NCBI RefSeq assembly: GCF_006345805.1
Contig: NW_021834881.1
Location: forward strand, 1-43,114
Source of the DNA: Octopus sinensis
Taxonomy: Eukaryota
Reading direction: 5' to 3'
DNA: 43,114 nucleotides
Shown here: piece after piece, positions 1 to 11,997 of the stretch
Layout: each line of letters starts with the position of its first letter
Numbering within the stretch: position 1 is the stretch's first letter
The notes under the pieces: model-generated
Seen by the model: the letters and a program-made list of their open reading frames with translations, nothing else
The model's database searches: none
Told to the model about the DNA's origin: nothing
Position numbers and translations under genes: made by a program

Positions 1-222
1 CAAGGCCGCCCTTTGAAATACAGGTACAACAGAAACAGGAAGTAAGAGTGAGAGAAAGTTGTGGTGAATAGTACAGCAGGGGATCACCACCATCCCTGCC
101 GGAGCCTCGTGGAGCTTTTAGGTGTGTTCGCTTAATAAACACTCACACGGCCCGTCTGGGAATCGAAACCGCGATCCTATGACCGCGAGTCCGCGCTGCC
201 CTAACCAGAGGCCATGTGTCCA
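1..222 (-). mobile_element. tRNA-derived SINE, family D, 5' part (cut by window edge)
   Basis: Reverse complement begins with a tRNA-like head (TGGCCTCTGGTTAGGGCAGC...GGTTTCGATTCCC, A/B-box-like). Aligns by eye with 39770-39966. Confidence 0.85.
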
Positions 223-498
223 CAACAAAGTAACAGTATCGGACAAAAGAACGATTTCCTCTTTCTATCAGAATTCGTCTGCAAGGTTACGTTTATTCAG
301 TATCAGTACCATCGTGGGACGCTGTTCTGGTTGGGGAGAGGACGGCTGCTGATTGGCTATGTTAAATTTCTCGTCGCTTCAAAAGACCCGACCGGGTCGC
401 GGGAAATGTCTCACGGGCCGCACCTAATAGAAATTCAGACAAGGCACCGCGGCCCGCACGGGGGAAGCTCGCGGACAGCAGGTCTCCAACGCGTGATT

Positions 499-534
499 TA
501 TACATACATACATACATATATATACATATATATA

Positions 535-581
<47 letters not shown>
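499..581. repeat. (TA)n/(TACA)n microsatellite
   Basis: Direct reading. Confidence 0.95.
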
Positions 582-583
<2 letters not shown>

Positions 584-1028
584 CTACTCCTCCAATTTTA
601 TATCACTTTCGTAATTCGACGCCTTCATTATTCGCTGCAATTGTCTTTCCTTTTGAAATTACAGTTCTTTTTAATGCTTTTGCAAATGTTTTTCTTTGAA
701 CTTCATCACCGCAACCATCGCCAACGCCGCTCACCGCCATTTTGTCTCTAAATCTCATATCACTATAATCTCACGCCATATCTTTTGTGTGTGTGTTTTA
801 TGTTTTACTATTGTTGTTGTTATTGTAATGTTTTATTGGTTTTTGGTAAAATGCAGTTTCTCTGCCTTCTCCATCGTTCATGCCAAAACACACTTTACCC
901 AGCATATGTCTTGAAAAAGTTGCATTTCAAGAATTCTATTTGGATTGCATCACATGTTTTGTTGCTTAAGTTAGTTAGCATATGATTTTGACATCGGTGT
1001 AGGTTGACATAAAAAGACGGATGTTTAT

Positions 1029-1031
<3 letters not shown>

Positions 1032-1081
<50 letters not shown>

Positions 1082-1207
1082 CATACGTACATACGTACAT
1101 GCATACATGTCTACACACACACACACATATGCATATATATATATTATATGTATACATATATATATTATATATATATATACATACACATACATACATACAT
1201 ACACACA

Positions 1208-1260
<53 letters not shown>

Positions 1261-1270
1261 TATATATATA
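1032..1270. repeat. Compound (CA)n/(TA)n/(TACA)n microsatellite
   Basis: Direct reading; explains the overlapping low-complexity ORFs. Confidence 0.95.
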
Positions 1271-1778
1271 TCAAAGCATACATTAGATACATGCGAAGCT
1301 AAATGGGAAAGTATAAGTATACACTGGATAAACGAAAGAATCTAGAAAGGAATGGTAAGCCTGAATTTTGTCTCATAACCTGGCAAAGTGAACGCTGTCG
1401 CAATTTTAAAAGTCTTTTACGATGAATTCATTACCTAATTAACCCTACGCTTTGAGGGAAGTGGAAGAGAGACGATGATAGGACGCAACTACGTGGTCTC
1501 CCATTCTCATCATCACTATGACTACGACAACGAGCATATATTCGGCAACCTACGCGTCAATAGCTCAACTTACCTTCTTTGTTGTGTATTTTGCAGAGGG
1601 TTATAAGACATTCAGTCTACACGTCACATTATTTTTTTACTTTCTTTATCCTCTCTCTATAACGTGTAACACGTGATAAGGAGTGGAGATGAGGATTGTC
1701 ATCAACGAAACAATAAACCAACCAACCAACAAACCAACCAACCAGCGTTTATAATGGCTATTATAATAGTTTTCCCTA

Positions 1779-2009
1779 AAGGCGGCGAGTGGCAGAAACG
1801 GTAGCACGCGGGGCGAAATGCGTAGCCGTATTTCGTCTGTCGTTACGTTCTGAGTTCAAATTCCGCCGTGGTTGACTTAGCCTTTCATCCTTTCGGGGTC
1901 GATAAATAAAGTACCAGTTTCGCACTGGGGTTGATGTAATCGACTTAATCCGTTTGTCTGTCTTTGTTTGTCCCCTCTATGTTTAGCCCCTTGCGAGCAG
2001 TAAAGAAAT
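1779..2009 (+). mobile_element. tRNA-derived SINE, family A (tail type A1)
   Basis: GGCGGCGAG-TGGCAGAAACG...GAGTTCAAATTCCGCCG...GGGGTCGATAAA...AGTAAAGAAAT; homologous to copies at 16812, 18420, 33016 and 34128. Confidence 0.9.
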
Positions 2010-2285
2010 TGATATGTTTTCCTAAATCGACAAAATGGACACGGATGGAATTCTTATACTAGTTTAAGATTTTCCTTGACACAGTCTTCAACAGAAGACA
2101 AAAATGAAAAAAAAAAAACAGACAATAAACAAAACAGCCATTTGCAGAAATATTTTCACACGGTCTTGGAATATCCCTTGTACGTAATCTTGATATTTGC
2201 ACAATGACTGATTTTTAATATCAAATATTAATTCCTAAATGCCCAATAAAATTAAGACATTGATTCCAACAAACTGAAATAGTAA

Positions 2286-2328
<43 letters not shown>

Positions 2329-2676
2329 ATATTTATAAGAAATTAAACATACATGAAGTCAGAATTTCTCTCTCCATTTAATAAGATAAAATCTGGAACT
2401 TAAATTCCCTTGGAATTCCGAGTTGTTCTCACGTTACTTATGACATCAATCACATATTAAATTACAGATTAATTTTAAGCTGCCAAAATGACCTTCAACT
2501 GATGTTCTAAAGGGCATTTTAAAACTTTATTTTAAGAATAACTTTTCCTTGCTCAATAATCTAGAATTTTCTTTCTCTGGGGGTCGTACGTGGGGGTTTC
2601 GTATTATATGTTATGTTGACATATTTAGAAATCCCCCACAGGTTTGCTTTGAAAGCTATCTGCGAGAGAAAGATTT

Positions 2677-2839
2677 TAGGTGCACGTATGGCTGTATGGC
2701 TAAGACGTTCGCTTGGCAACTACACGTGTTTGGGTTCAACCCCACTGGGTGACACCTTGGGCAAATGTCTTTCACTATCGCTCCATACCGACCAAGGCTT
2801 TGTGATTGGTAGATGGAAAGTGTTCAGAAGCCCATCGTT

Positions 2840-2885
<46 letters not shown>

Positions 2886-3115
2886 TGTGTATGTGTTTGT
2901 GGGTGCGTGTGTGTGTGTGTGTGCGCGCGCGCGCTCGCTCGCTCGCGTCTGTGTATGTGTAAGTAATCTGTATGACAAAAGGGGTAACCTATTTCTCTGC
3001 CAACAAACCAATATGGTGAGAACGAAATTTTAAAAAGATATATCAAGGAGTTGACTTCTTCGACTAAAACCTTCTAGACGATGCTCAGGCATGACTGCAT
3101 TCCATAGGGTGACAC
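2677..3115 (+). mobile_element. tRNA-derived SINE, family B, diverged copy with internal (TG)n
   Basis: GGGTTCAACCCCACTGGGTGACACCTTGGGCAAATGTC matches the head and CORE-like start of the copies at 11180 and 19471. Confidence 0.75.
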
Positions 3116-3734
3116 GAACTAATTTTATTGTAAAGGTGTGTCTTTTTTTAATTCGAAGTAAAGGAACAGATTACTTGGTGGTTCTTTTGACCTCATTTTA
3201 TGGTCTTGTCTGGGATTTCTTCGAAACTTCAACAAATCTTTTATCAGATGAGGCACACACATGGTTATAAATATCAAAAAGAAATATTATATATCTAAAT
3301 CATCAATTTTTGTCAGGATTTTCTCACTCGATTAATCTTAATTTTGTTATAAATGTAAAAACCTTACTTCACAAGACTGGAGAATTTAAATAATTTTAAT
3401 AAAAACAAATTGTCACCGTGTAGTTTGTAGAATTCTCATAGCAATTCGAATCCTTGATGTGTTTTAAAGTTAAATTGAAATATATCTTATTGTTTTGAAA
3501 ATATTAATATTTATAGAAACGGCGAGATCAAATTTAGTTCAATACAGCACAGACGTCACTCGCGGGTGAATATGGATTAGTAACATCCACTCTACTTTCG
3601 TTAATTCCTTAAAGATGCCTATGTTGTCACGATCAAAGATACGCACCTTGGTACCCTCTTGACTTTTGACCAATTGTGATAGCCAGGTAATGTTATCTAG
3701 ACGAAAAGAGACTTAGACCAGCACTTAGCAGATA

Positions 3735-3815
3735 CACATTACAGCCGAGTAGACTGAAATAACAGGAAATGAAATGCCTCGCTCAAGAATACAATGTTTC
3801 GTCCGATCCAGATAT
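3735..3815 (-). mobile_element. Degraded fragment of CORE-like SINE family C
   Basis: ACAGCCGAGTAGACTGAAATAAC...GAAATGAAATGCCTCGCTCAAGAATACA resembles 10296-10350. Confidence 0.55.
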
Positions 3816-4326
3816 TACAAGGCACAGTATCATGATCAAAATCATAAATTCTAAGAATAATTAACTTTCCTAACCATAGTTTCAAATTCTTCATAAAGCC
3901 ACAAATATCATTCTGTTAGGGCCTTTGCTTCGCGAAGCTTGATGCCTCGGGAAGCTTGATGTCACAGTCAAGCTTTATTGTAAAATGAATTTGTCTTTCT
4001 AGCAAATATTCAGTCATTTCATCACTAAATGTTGTTATTTAGAAGCCCTTGTCGTTTCTATATTTATATACGGTGAATAAGGTCAAGTGGCTGCTATCTC
4101 TAGCCAGCAGTTTTCCAGTACCGACGACGGGAGATTACCCAGAAAACATTTGTTTACTGGACTATTAACAGCTAGAGAGGAGTAGTAAGCTCCCTTGCTC
4201 ACAGTATATCTCTGACACAGATCATGTGTCGATAACCAACTAGAAAATATATTTTCACGGAGTTACAAAGTAGTAACATAACCCTACGCAGGACTTCCAC
4301 TTTATATTGCCAAATAAACTTTACTA

Positions 4327-4379
<53 letters not shown>

Positions 4380-4458
4380 ATCTTTCTCTCTATCTATCTA
4401 TCTCTGTATATATATATATATATATATATAGTATCTCGAAATTTAATAGTATCTCGAA

Positions 4459-4767
4459 ATTTAATATACAATTATTCATAATTGTAGTGTCCTACGCTGA
4501 TGAGAAAAGAAGTTGGGTAAGACATAATTATCTAATTCTTATGCTTTCCTAAAACTTAATTTCGAAACGTACGTCCGTGGGTGACTTAAAATTGTATGAT
4601 AGATTGCCGTCATTTCATTCTCTCTTACCTGTCTGTGTTTGCCTTTCAAGTGCTGTGTTTTTAAAGAGATCTCCCTTTTAGTAGAAAGAATAGCTATAAC
4701 TCTTTGACTGCTATTTCTAAATTCGGTGTGTGGTGAGGCAATTCGTTGCTAAACCCTTAATTACTTA
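4459..4767 (+). mobile_element. Hammerhead-bearing non-coding repeat (retrozyme/pLTR-like), family H1, copy 1
   Basis: About 310 bp aligns by eye with the reverse complement of 42443-42743; flanked by (TA)n on both sides. Confidence 0.85.
4491..4581 (+). ncRNA. Type I hammerhead ribozyme with extended stem II (core intact)
   Basis: Stem I CCTACG 4491-4496 / CGTGGG 4576-4581; CTGATGA 4497-4503; 60-nt stem II 4504-4563 closed by GAAA/TTTC; GAAA 4564-4567; palindromic stem III ACGTACGT; cleavage triplet GTC 4573-4575. Confidence 0.85.
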
Positions 4768-4807
4768 CTATATATATATATATATATATAATATATATAT
4801 ATATATA

Positions 4808-5020
4808 CATCTTCCTCTCGAAACTCCTACCCAACTTCTCTCTTATTGATACCCTCCACCCACCCACCACTAAGCCATGCACCTTCACAAGATATATATA
4901 TATATATTATATATATATATAATATATATATATATACATCTTCCTCTCGAAACTCCTACCCAACTTCTCTCTTTATTGATACCCTCCACCCCCCACCACT
5001 AAGCCATGCACCTTCACAAG
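4808..5020. repeat. Tandem duplication, period 129 bp (84-bp unique core plus TA tract)
   Basis: CATCTTCCTCTCGAAACTCC...CCTTCACAAG at 4808-4891 and 4937-5020, differing only by small indels. Confidence 0.95.
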
Positions 5021-5045
5021 ATATATATATATATATATATATATA

Positions 5046-5519
5046 TTCTTTCACTTGTTTTGGTCATTTGATTGCAGCCATGCTGGAGCACAGCCTTTAG
5101 TCGAACAAATCGACCCCAGGACTTATTCTTTGTAAGCCTTGTACTTATTCTATCGGTGTCTTTTGTCGAGCCGCCAAATTTCGGGGACGTAAACACACCA
5201 GCGTCGGTTGTCAAGCGATGGTGGGGTGACAAACACAGACACACAAATACATACATATATCAGGTGGTGCTATTAAGTATGACATGGTCTGGACCAATCT
5301 TTGGTCGAAACATATCTAAGTTTATCTAAGTTTATATATATATATATATATATATACACACGATGGATTTGTTTCAGTTTCTGTCAATCAACTCCACCCA
5401 TAAAACTGAAGTCGGCCCAAGGCTATATTAGAAGACACTTGCCCAAGGTTCCACACAATAGGACTGAACCCGAAACCATGTGGTTGAGATGCAAGCTTCT
5501 TACCAGATAGCCACTCCTA
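5046..5519 (-). mobile_element. tRNA-derived SINE, family B, near full length
   Basis: Reverse complement matches 11180-11590 from head to the CAGCATGGC..GCAGTCAAATGAC tail. Confidence 0.85.
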
Positions 5520-5659
5520 TATATAACAGTTCGTTTTAATATAGGATCAGCCCAAAGGTATTCAATCCAATGCGAGATAAATATCAGTCAATGTACACTA
5601 GAGCTGCACGTTAGTTCCTTCAGGTTTCATGCTTATATAATACAGCAATCGGACAGGCT

Positions 5660-6618
5660 TCTATCGTGAACCATGTACGTTGTGTATGCATGTATGTATG
5701 TTTATGCATGTATGTATGTATGTATGTATGTATGTATGTATGTATGTATGTATGTATGTATGTATGTGTGTATGTATGTATGTATGTATGCATGTAATGT
5801 ATGTATGTATTTATGCATGTATGTTGTATGTATGTATGTATGTATGCATGTATGTGTGTATGCATGTATGTATGTATGTATGTAATGTATGTATGTATGC
5901 ATTATGTATCATGTATGTATGTATGTATGTATGTATGTATGTATGTATGTATGTATTTATGCATGTATGTGTGTATGTGTGTATGTGTGTATGTATGTAT
6001 GTATGTATGTATGTGTGTATGTATGTATGTATGTATGTATGTATGTATGTATGTATGTATGTATGTATGTATGTATGCATGTATTGTGTATGTATGTATG
6101 CATGTAGTATGCATGTATGGATGTATGTATTATGTATGTATGTATGTATCATGTATGTATGTATATGTGTGTGTATGTATGTATGTATGTATGCATGTAT
6201 GTGTGTATGTGTGTATGTATGTATGCATGTATGTGTGTATGCATGTATGTATGTATGTATGTATGTATGTATGTATGCATGTATGTATGCATGTATGTAT
6301 GTATGTATGTATGTATGTATGTATGTATGTATGTATTTATGCATGTATGTGTGTATGTGTGTATGTATGTATGTATGTATGTATGTATGTGTGTATGTAT
6401 GTATGTATGTATGTATGTGTGTATGTATGTGTGTATGTTGTATGTATGTATGTATGTATGTATTTATGCATGTATGTATGTATGTATGTTGTATGTATGT
6501 ATTTATGATGTATGTATGTGTGTATGTATGTATGCTGTATGTATGCATGTAGTATGTATGTGTGTATGTATGTAGTATGTATGCATGTATGTATGTATGT
6601 ATGTATGTAGTATGTATG

Positions 6619-6650
<32 letters not shown>

Positions 6651-7023
6651 CATGTATGTATTATGTATTTATGCATGTATTATGTATGTATTTATGCATG
6701 TATGTATGTATTATGTATGTATGTAATGTATGTATGTATGTATGTATGTATGTATGTATTATGTATTTATGCATGTATGTATGTATTTATTATGTATGTA
6801 TGTATGTATGTATGTATTATGTATGTATGTATGTATGTATGTATGTATGTATGTATATATGTATGTATGTATTATGTATGTATGTATGTATGTATGTATG
6901 TATGTATGCATGTATGTATGTATGTATGTATGTATGTATGTATGTATGTATGTATGTATGTATGTATGCATGTATGTATGTATGTATGTATGTATGTATG
7001 TATGCATGTATGTATGTATGTAT
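5660..7023. repeat. 1.36-kb degenerate (TATG)n microsatellite
   Basis: Direct reading; variant units CATG, TGTG and TTTA. Source of all MYVC/HTYI ORFs. Confidence 0.98.
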
Positions 7024-7024
7024 G

Positions 7025-7870
7025 GGGTTCCTTGCACCATACCAGTTTAGAATAGCATTGGAATATGTAAGGCAGCAGGCTACAGACAACAGTGAAGACT
7101 TTAGTTTCATTACAGACCGGCAAAGATCACCGAGAGTACTAGCAGTAAACATCGCAGATGTGGACTTCGCACGTGGTGCAGCGGCCATATTTAATGAAAT
7201 AGATCAACCTCAAAAGCTTCTCAGCAGAGTAAAGACTTCATCTGCTCAAACAGGATTGCATACAAATGCCAATAAAACGGAATACATGCCTCTCAACCAA
7301 TCAAGTGATACTGAACTGTTTTCTCTGAGCGGTTGTCAGTTTAACGTTGCTTAAAGATACTTAGGTGGTCGGATGAGAAGTTTGGAAGCAGCCATCAAGA
7401 TCAGGAAGTTACAAGCATGGACAGCGGTACTCCAATTCGCTAGGCAAATCAAAATGAAGCTGTTTATTGCAACTGTGGATTCAGTGCTGTTATACAACAT
7501 TGAAACATAGACACTGACAAAGAAGTTATTAAACGGGCTAAATGGATGCTTCACAAGCATGCTACGAATGACACTTTATAAATGTCTGCAGCATATGAGA
7601 ATTGAATGCCCTTATGGAGACCTGCTGAATGTTAGTGTGCAGATGGAGGAAAGACGCCTGCGATTGCCTGGCCACTGCCTGCGCCACCCTGAACTAGAAG
7701 AATCCAAATTAGTCTTGTGGATCCCACTTCAAGGTGATGTAAGAATGGGTAAACATAGTCACACATCAACAACTTGATTGCAGATACTGGTCTGGAATGT
7801 ATCCAGGACCTCGAAGCAGTGATGATGGACCGAGAAATGTAGTGAATTGCCTCGGGTTGGATCAGGGCCA
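7025..7870 (+). pseudogene. RTE-type LINE ORF2 3' fragment (RT C-terminal part), decayed
   Basis: One frame reads LAPYQFRIALEYV...DVDFARG (YADD position degenerate)...GLHTNANKTEYM...*RYLG...TVDSVLLYNIET*TLTKK...RRLRLPGHCLRH, with stops at 7352 and ~7510 and a frameshift near 7760 into DTGLECIQDLEAVMMDRE. Ends in an (AAT)n tail. Confidence 0.85.
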
Positions 7871-7885
7871 TAATAATAATAATAA

Positions 7886-7923
<38 letters not shown>

Positions 7924-7996
7924 CAACAACAACAACAACAACAACACCAACAACAACAACAGCAGCAGCAACAACGACAACAACAATAATAATAAT

Positions 7997-8210
7997 CATT
8001 TCTACTATAGGCACAAGATCTGGAATTTGGGAGAGGGGGCTAGTCGATTACATCGACGCCAATAGTCATCTGGTATTTAATTTATCGACCCCGAAATGAG
8101 GAAAGACAAAACTGACCTCGTCGGAATTTGAACTCAGAACGTAGAGAAAGACGAAATACCGCTAAGCATTTCGTCCGGCGTGCTAACGATTCTGCCAGCT
8201 TACCGCCTTA
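7997..8210 (-). mobile_element. tRNA-derived SINE, family A (tail type A2)
   Basis: Reverse complement GGCGGTAAGCTGGCAGAATCGTTAGCACGCCGG...GAGTTCAAATTCCGACGAGGTC...CTTGTGCCTATAGTAGAAAT. Confidence 0.9.
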
Positions 8211-8231
8211 ATAATAATGATAATAATAATG

Positions 8232-8280
<49 letters not shown>

Positions 8281-8324
8281 TAATAATAATAATAATGATA
8301 ATAATGATGATAATAATGATAGTG

Positions 8325-8403
<79 letters not shown>

Positions 8404-8441
8404 TAATAATGATAATAATGATAATGATAATAATAATAATA

Positions 8442-8476
<35 letters not shown>

Positions 8477-8549
8477 GTAATAATGACCCAGTGTCACTTT
8501 GATGGCACGTACTGCTCTCTCACACAATAATAATAATAATAATTATAAA

Positions 8550-8595
<46 letters not shown>
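8208..8595. repeat. (AAT)n/(GAT)n trinucleotide tracts
   Basis: Direct reading; a ~55-bp unique spacer at ~8475-8525. Confidence 0.95.
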
Positions 8596-10089
8596 TATGT
8601 ATGTATATATTTGTGTATGGCATGTACGATATATATGTGTGTGTTGATCTATGTGCAATTCTGATGAGAACTGTTATCAACGTGGTACGGCAGTGTGTAT
8701 ATGTCTATGAGAGCGTGTGTATATATATGTGTTACAAACGCACATCTATGCTATACACAGAAACATGTAAAGGTTTCATATCTTTTCTCACCCGTTTTAT
8801 AGCATCACTTTCGTTTCGTTGTCGGGTGGTAACTATGGGATTTATACTCGTTCCTCACTCGCTTCGTTCCATTGTTTTCGTTATTATGTCGGGCGGTGAC
8901 TAAAATCTCGAAAAAATAAAACAAAGAAAGCAAACGAACAAGAAATAAATAAATTTTAAAAAACACTAAGCGCACAAACCAACAATTTAAAGCAACGACC
9001 ACTCATAAAAACATCTAAACAGCATGAAAGTCTTTGACGTACAGCTGTCTGCTTTCTCCATAAATCATTCTATTGACTTGTCGCCTGATAACCATGTATG
9101 TACCACACCCATGCACACTGCCTTGACATCGCTGCCGTCTTAGCCACGCTACGGTATATAATATTTCGAAGTTTGGTCTCATTAGTTATTTCAGTTTATA
9201 GTGTGTGACGTGATATTCCTACATTGTCAAACAAACTTAGTGTTGAATATTTCAACTATAGCTTATAGCTTAAAAGGTACTTAAATTCTATATAAACCCT
9301 TCAGAACGATGGCACTATAAAATTACAAAGGATTAAAAAATGAAAGAGAAATACAATAACCTTTACCGAGAAGATTTATTGCGAAATATCATATGAAACA
9401 ATGAAACTGGAATAAATTCATTTTTAAAGCGAGAATAGTTTTACGATAATTGTCTATAAAACACAAGGCTGTTTTGTTATTTTCTTCCACCCTGCAAAAA
9501 TCATACAAGATCTGTTAAAATTATATGGTACTTGAGAATTTTTTTCAAATATTTAAATATTATTTGAAATGCAACGTAAGATTTTTTTTTCTTCGTTTCT
9601 GATAAACATGCAGTTTTATTTATTTTTGCTGTGAAGAGTAAAATGGAAAATATGGTCACACGAGAACTTTTTATCTTTACGTATGGCAAAAAAAAAAAAC
9701 AGAAGAGAATTGAAAATCGATCTGATTAGTTTCAAGAATTCTTAGATCTTCATCGGAGAGCGAAGAAATTGGTTTTTCATCGACATATAAAGACAGTAGT
9801 TTTACACACACACACACACACACACACAAACAGATACTAGTTCGTATATTTTTACATGTGTTGCGCTGATAATGGGAAGTGAATATATTTAAGATTTTAA
9901 TATTGAAATTAGCTAAGTCGCAAAAAATGTGGAATCTTTTTAAAATATTTTCTCACTAACCCGCTTTCAAACGCATGTATCTATGGAGATTTTCTCGGTA
10001 GCTTCATACTGTTAAGACATTTATTCAGTATGGAGGAGAAAAAACATGTTTCGACTTTCTCACTTATCATTATTATTATTATTATTATT

Positions 10090-10429
10090 GTGGTGACCCC
10101 CTTCGGTCAGACACTGACCATGGGTTTGCACCTAGAGAGTTACCCTCTGAGGCACAAGTCTGGGCAAGGTTGTTTTATGGAAGACCAGCAGTCGCCCATG
10201 CATACCGGCCTCCCCTCTCCACGTCACCGATGTTGACCAAGGGAAAGGCAAGGGCCGAAACAGCTTGGCACCTGTGACGTTGCAACTCATTTCTACAGCT
10301 GAGTGAACTGGAGCAACATGAAATAAAGTGTCTTGCTCAAGAACACAGCACGCAGCCCGGTCCGGGATTCGAGCTCACAACCTCACGATCGTAAGCTCGA
10401 CGCTCTAACCACTGAGCCACGCGCCTTCA

Positions 10430-10430
<1 letters not shown>
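10090..10430 (-). mobile_element. tRNA-derived CORE-like SINE, family C, full length
   Basis: Reverse complement has a tRNA head GGCGCGTGGCTCAGTGGTTAGAGCG...CTCGAATCCCGG, then TGTTCTTGAGCAAGACACTTTAT...CAGTTCACTCAGCTGTAGAAATGAG, which resembles the MIR/CORE motif CCTTGGGCAAGTCACTT...CAGTTTCCTCATCTGTAAAATGG. Flanked by (ATT)n. Confidence 0.9.
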
Positions 10431-10485
<55 letters not shown>

Positions 10486-10763
10486 TATATTATATAAAAA
10501 TATTTAGATTCAGAGGAATATGGTATTTAAGTTGACACACCAGAATATAGTATGGTATTATCCATACAATTTCAAAATAAGGTGATTTAAATCAAAATAA
10601 GCAACAAGGATATCCAGAGGTAATGCATAGTTGTAAATCTATGATGTTGTTGGTAAAACATGTTCTTTGCCTATCTCCTTATCCTCTTGGAGATTTTAGG
10701 TAAAATTATACTAATGTGTCCTTCTAATTTAATTAACCTCTACGTCTTTGTGCAGCTGAAGAC

Positions 10764-10764
<1 letters not shown>

Positions 10765-10805
<41 letters not shown>

Positions 10806-10869
10806 ATACATTTATATATATATGTATATATATATAAATGTATACATATATATATATATATATATATAC

Positions 10870-10905
<36 letters not shown>

Positions 10906-11025
10906 TTATATATATATATGTATATATATAAATGTATACATATATATATATACATATATATATGTATACATTTATATATATATGTATATGTATATATGTC
11001 TATATATATATATATACGTATACGT
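10765..11025. repeat. (TA)n/(TG)n compound microsatellite
   Basis: Direct reading. Confidence 0.95.
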
Positions 11026-11179
11026 ATAAGAAGGGATGACCACTAAGCGGACATTCATTATGCTAGAAATAGATCACCTACGATCTAACCCCAAAGAAAA
11101 AGAATGTTCTCCAGAAAAATTCAGCAAACACCAGAGCATAGCGGGTAAGAAAAATGAAAATAAACAAAATAAAAAATTG

Positions 11180-11590
11180 ATAGGCGCAGGAGTGGCTGTG
11201 TGGTAAGTAGCTTATTTACCAACCACATGGTTTCGGGTTCAGTCCCACTGCTTGGCACCTCGGGCAAGTGTCTTCTACTATAGCCTCGGGCCGACCAAAG
11301 CCTTGTGAGTGGATTGGGTAGACGGAAACTGAACAAGCCCGTCGTATATATGTATATATATGCGTGTGTGTGATTGTGTGTCTGTGTTTGTTCCCCTAGC
11401 ATTGCTTGACAACCGATGCTGGTGTGTTTATGTCCCCGTTACTTTGCGGTTCGGCAAAAGAGACCGATAGAATAAGTACTGGGCTTACAAAAAGAATAAG
11501 TATCGGGGTCGAGTTGCTCGATTAAAGGCGGTGCTCCAGCATGGCCGCAGTCAAATGACTGAAACAATTAAAAGAATAAAAAGATTAAAA
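11180..11590 (+). mobile_element. tRNA-derived SINE, family B, full length
   Basis: ATAGGCGCAGGAGTGGCTGTGTGGTAAG...GGGTTCAGTCCC...CTCGGGCAAGTG...CAGCATGGCCGCAGTCAAATGACTGAAACA followed by an A-rich tail; highly similar to 19471-19890. Confidence 0.92.
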
Positions 11591-11859
11591 GAGAGATCGT
11601 AGACTAGTTTCGCCATTAACGATTTTACTTACGTCCGTGGCTCTTCAGTACGACCGTTCTAATTCAATATAATTTGCAGAACTATACAGTGGTTGTCTTC
11701 ATAAAAATTTTTTATTTTAGATAATTATGTTCTCTAACCGGCAAATGTCACTGTATGGAATTATATTATGCCGAAATATTTCCGGGATTTAGCGCGCCAG
11801 AGCTGAGGCATTTGAAAATAACCCCAATGTAATCGATAGAACTGTACATGAGACAGTGG

Positions 11860-11997
11860 GTGACAAACAAAAATACAAGTGCACACGCACCCATATACAT
11901 GCATATATGCGTACATACCCACACCGCGTTCTTTCAGTTTCTTCCTACCAAATCTACTCACAAGGATTTGGTCGCTCGGGGGCTATGGTAGAAGACT
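11860..11997 (-). mobile_element. SINE family B internal fragment
   Basis: TTCTTTCAGTTTC..CTACCAAATCTACTCACAAGG...GGCTATGGTAGAAGAC is the reverse complement of the family B body. Confidence 0.75.

Noticed and set aside
5673-7354. Long ORFs (up to 290 aa) of MYVC/HTYI repeats
   Set aside because: Translations of the (TATG)n array, open in several frames on both strands. Only the part after 7025 is meaningful (RTE fragment).
8660-8700. CTGATGA as a possible hammerhead core
   Set aside because: No GAAA/NUH or stem I partner downstream.
8180-8903. Poly-Asn/Ile ORFs
   Set aside because: (AAT)n microsatellite.
10360-10430. tRNA gene (also heads at 150-222, 11180-11250 and 39890-39966)
   Set aside because: The tRNA-like heads continue into SINE bodies, with no acceptor-stem closure or T-run terminator.
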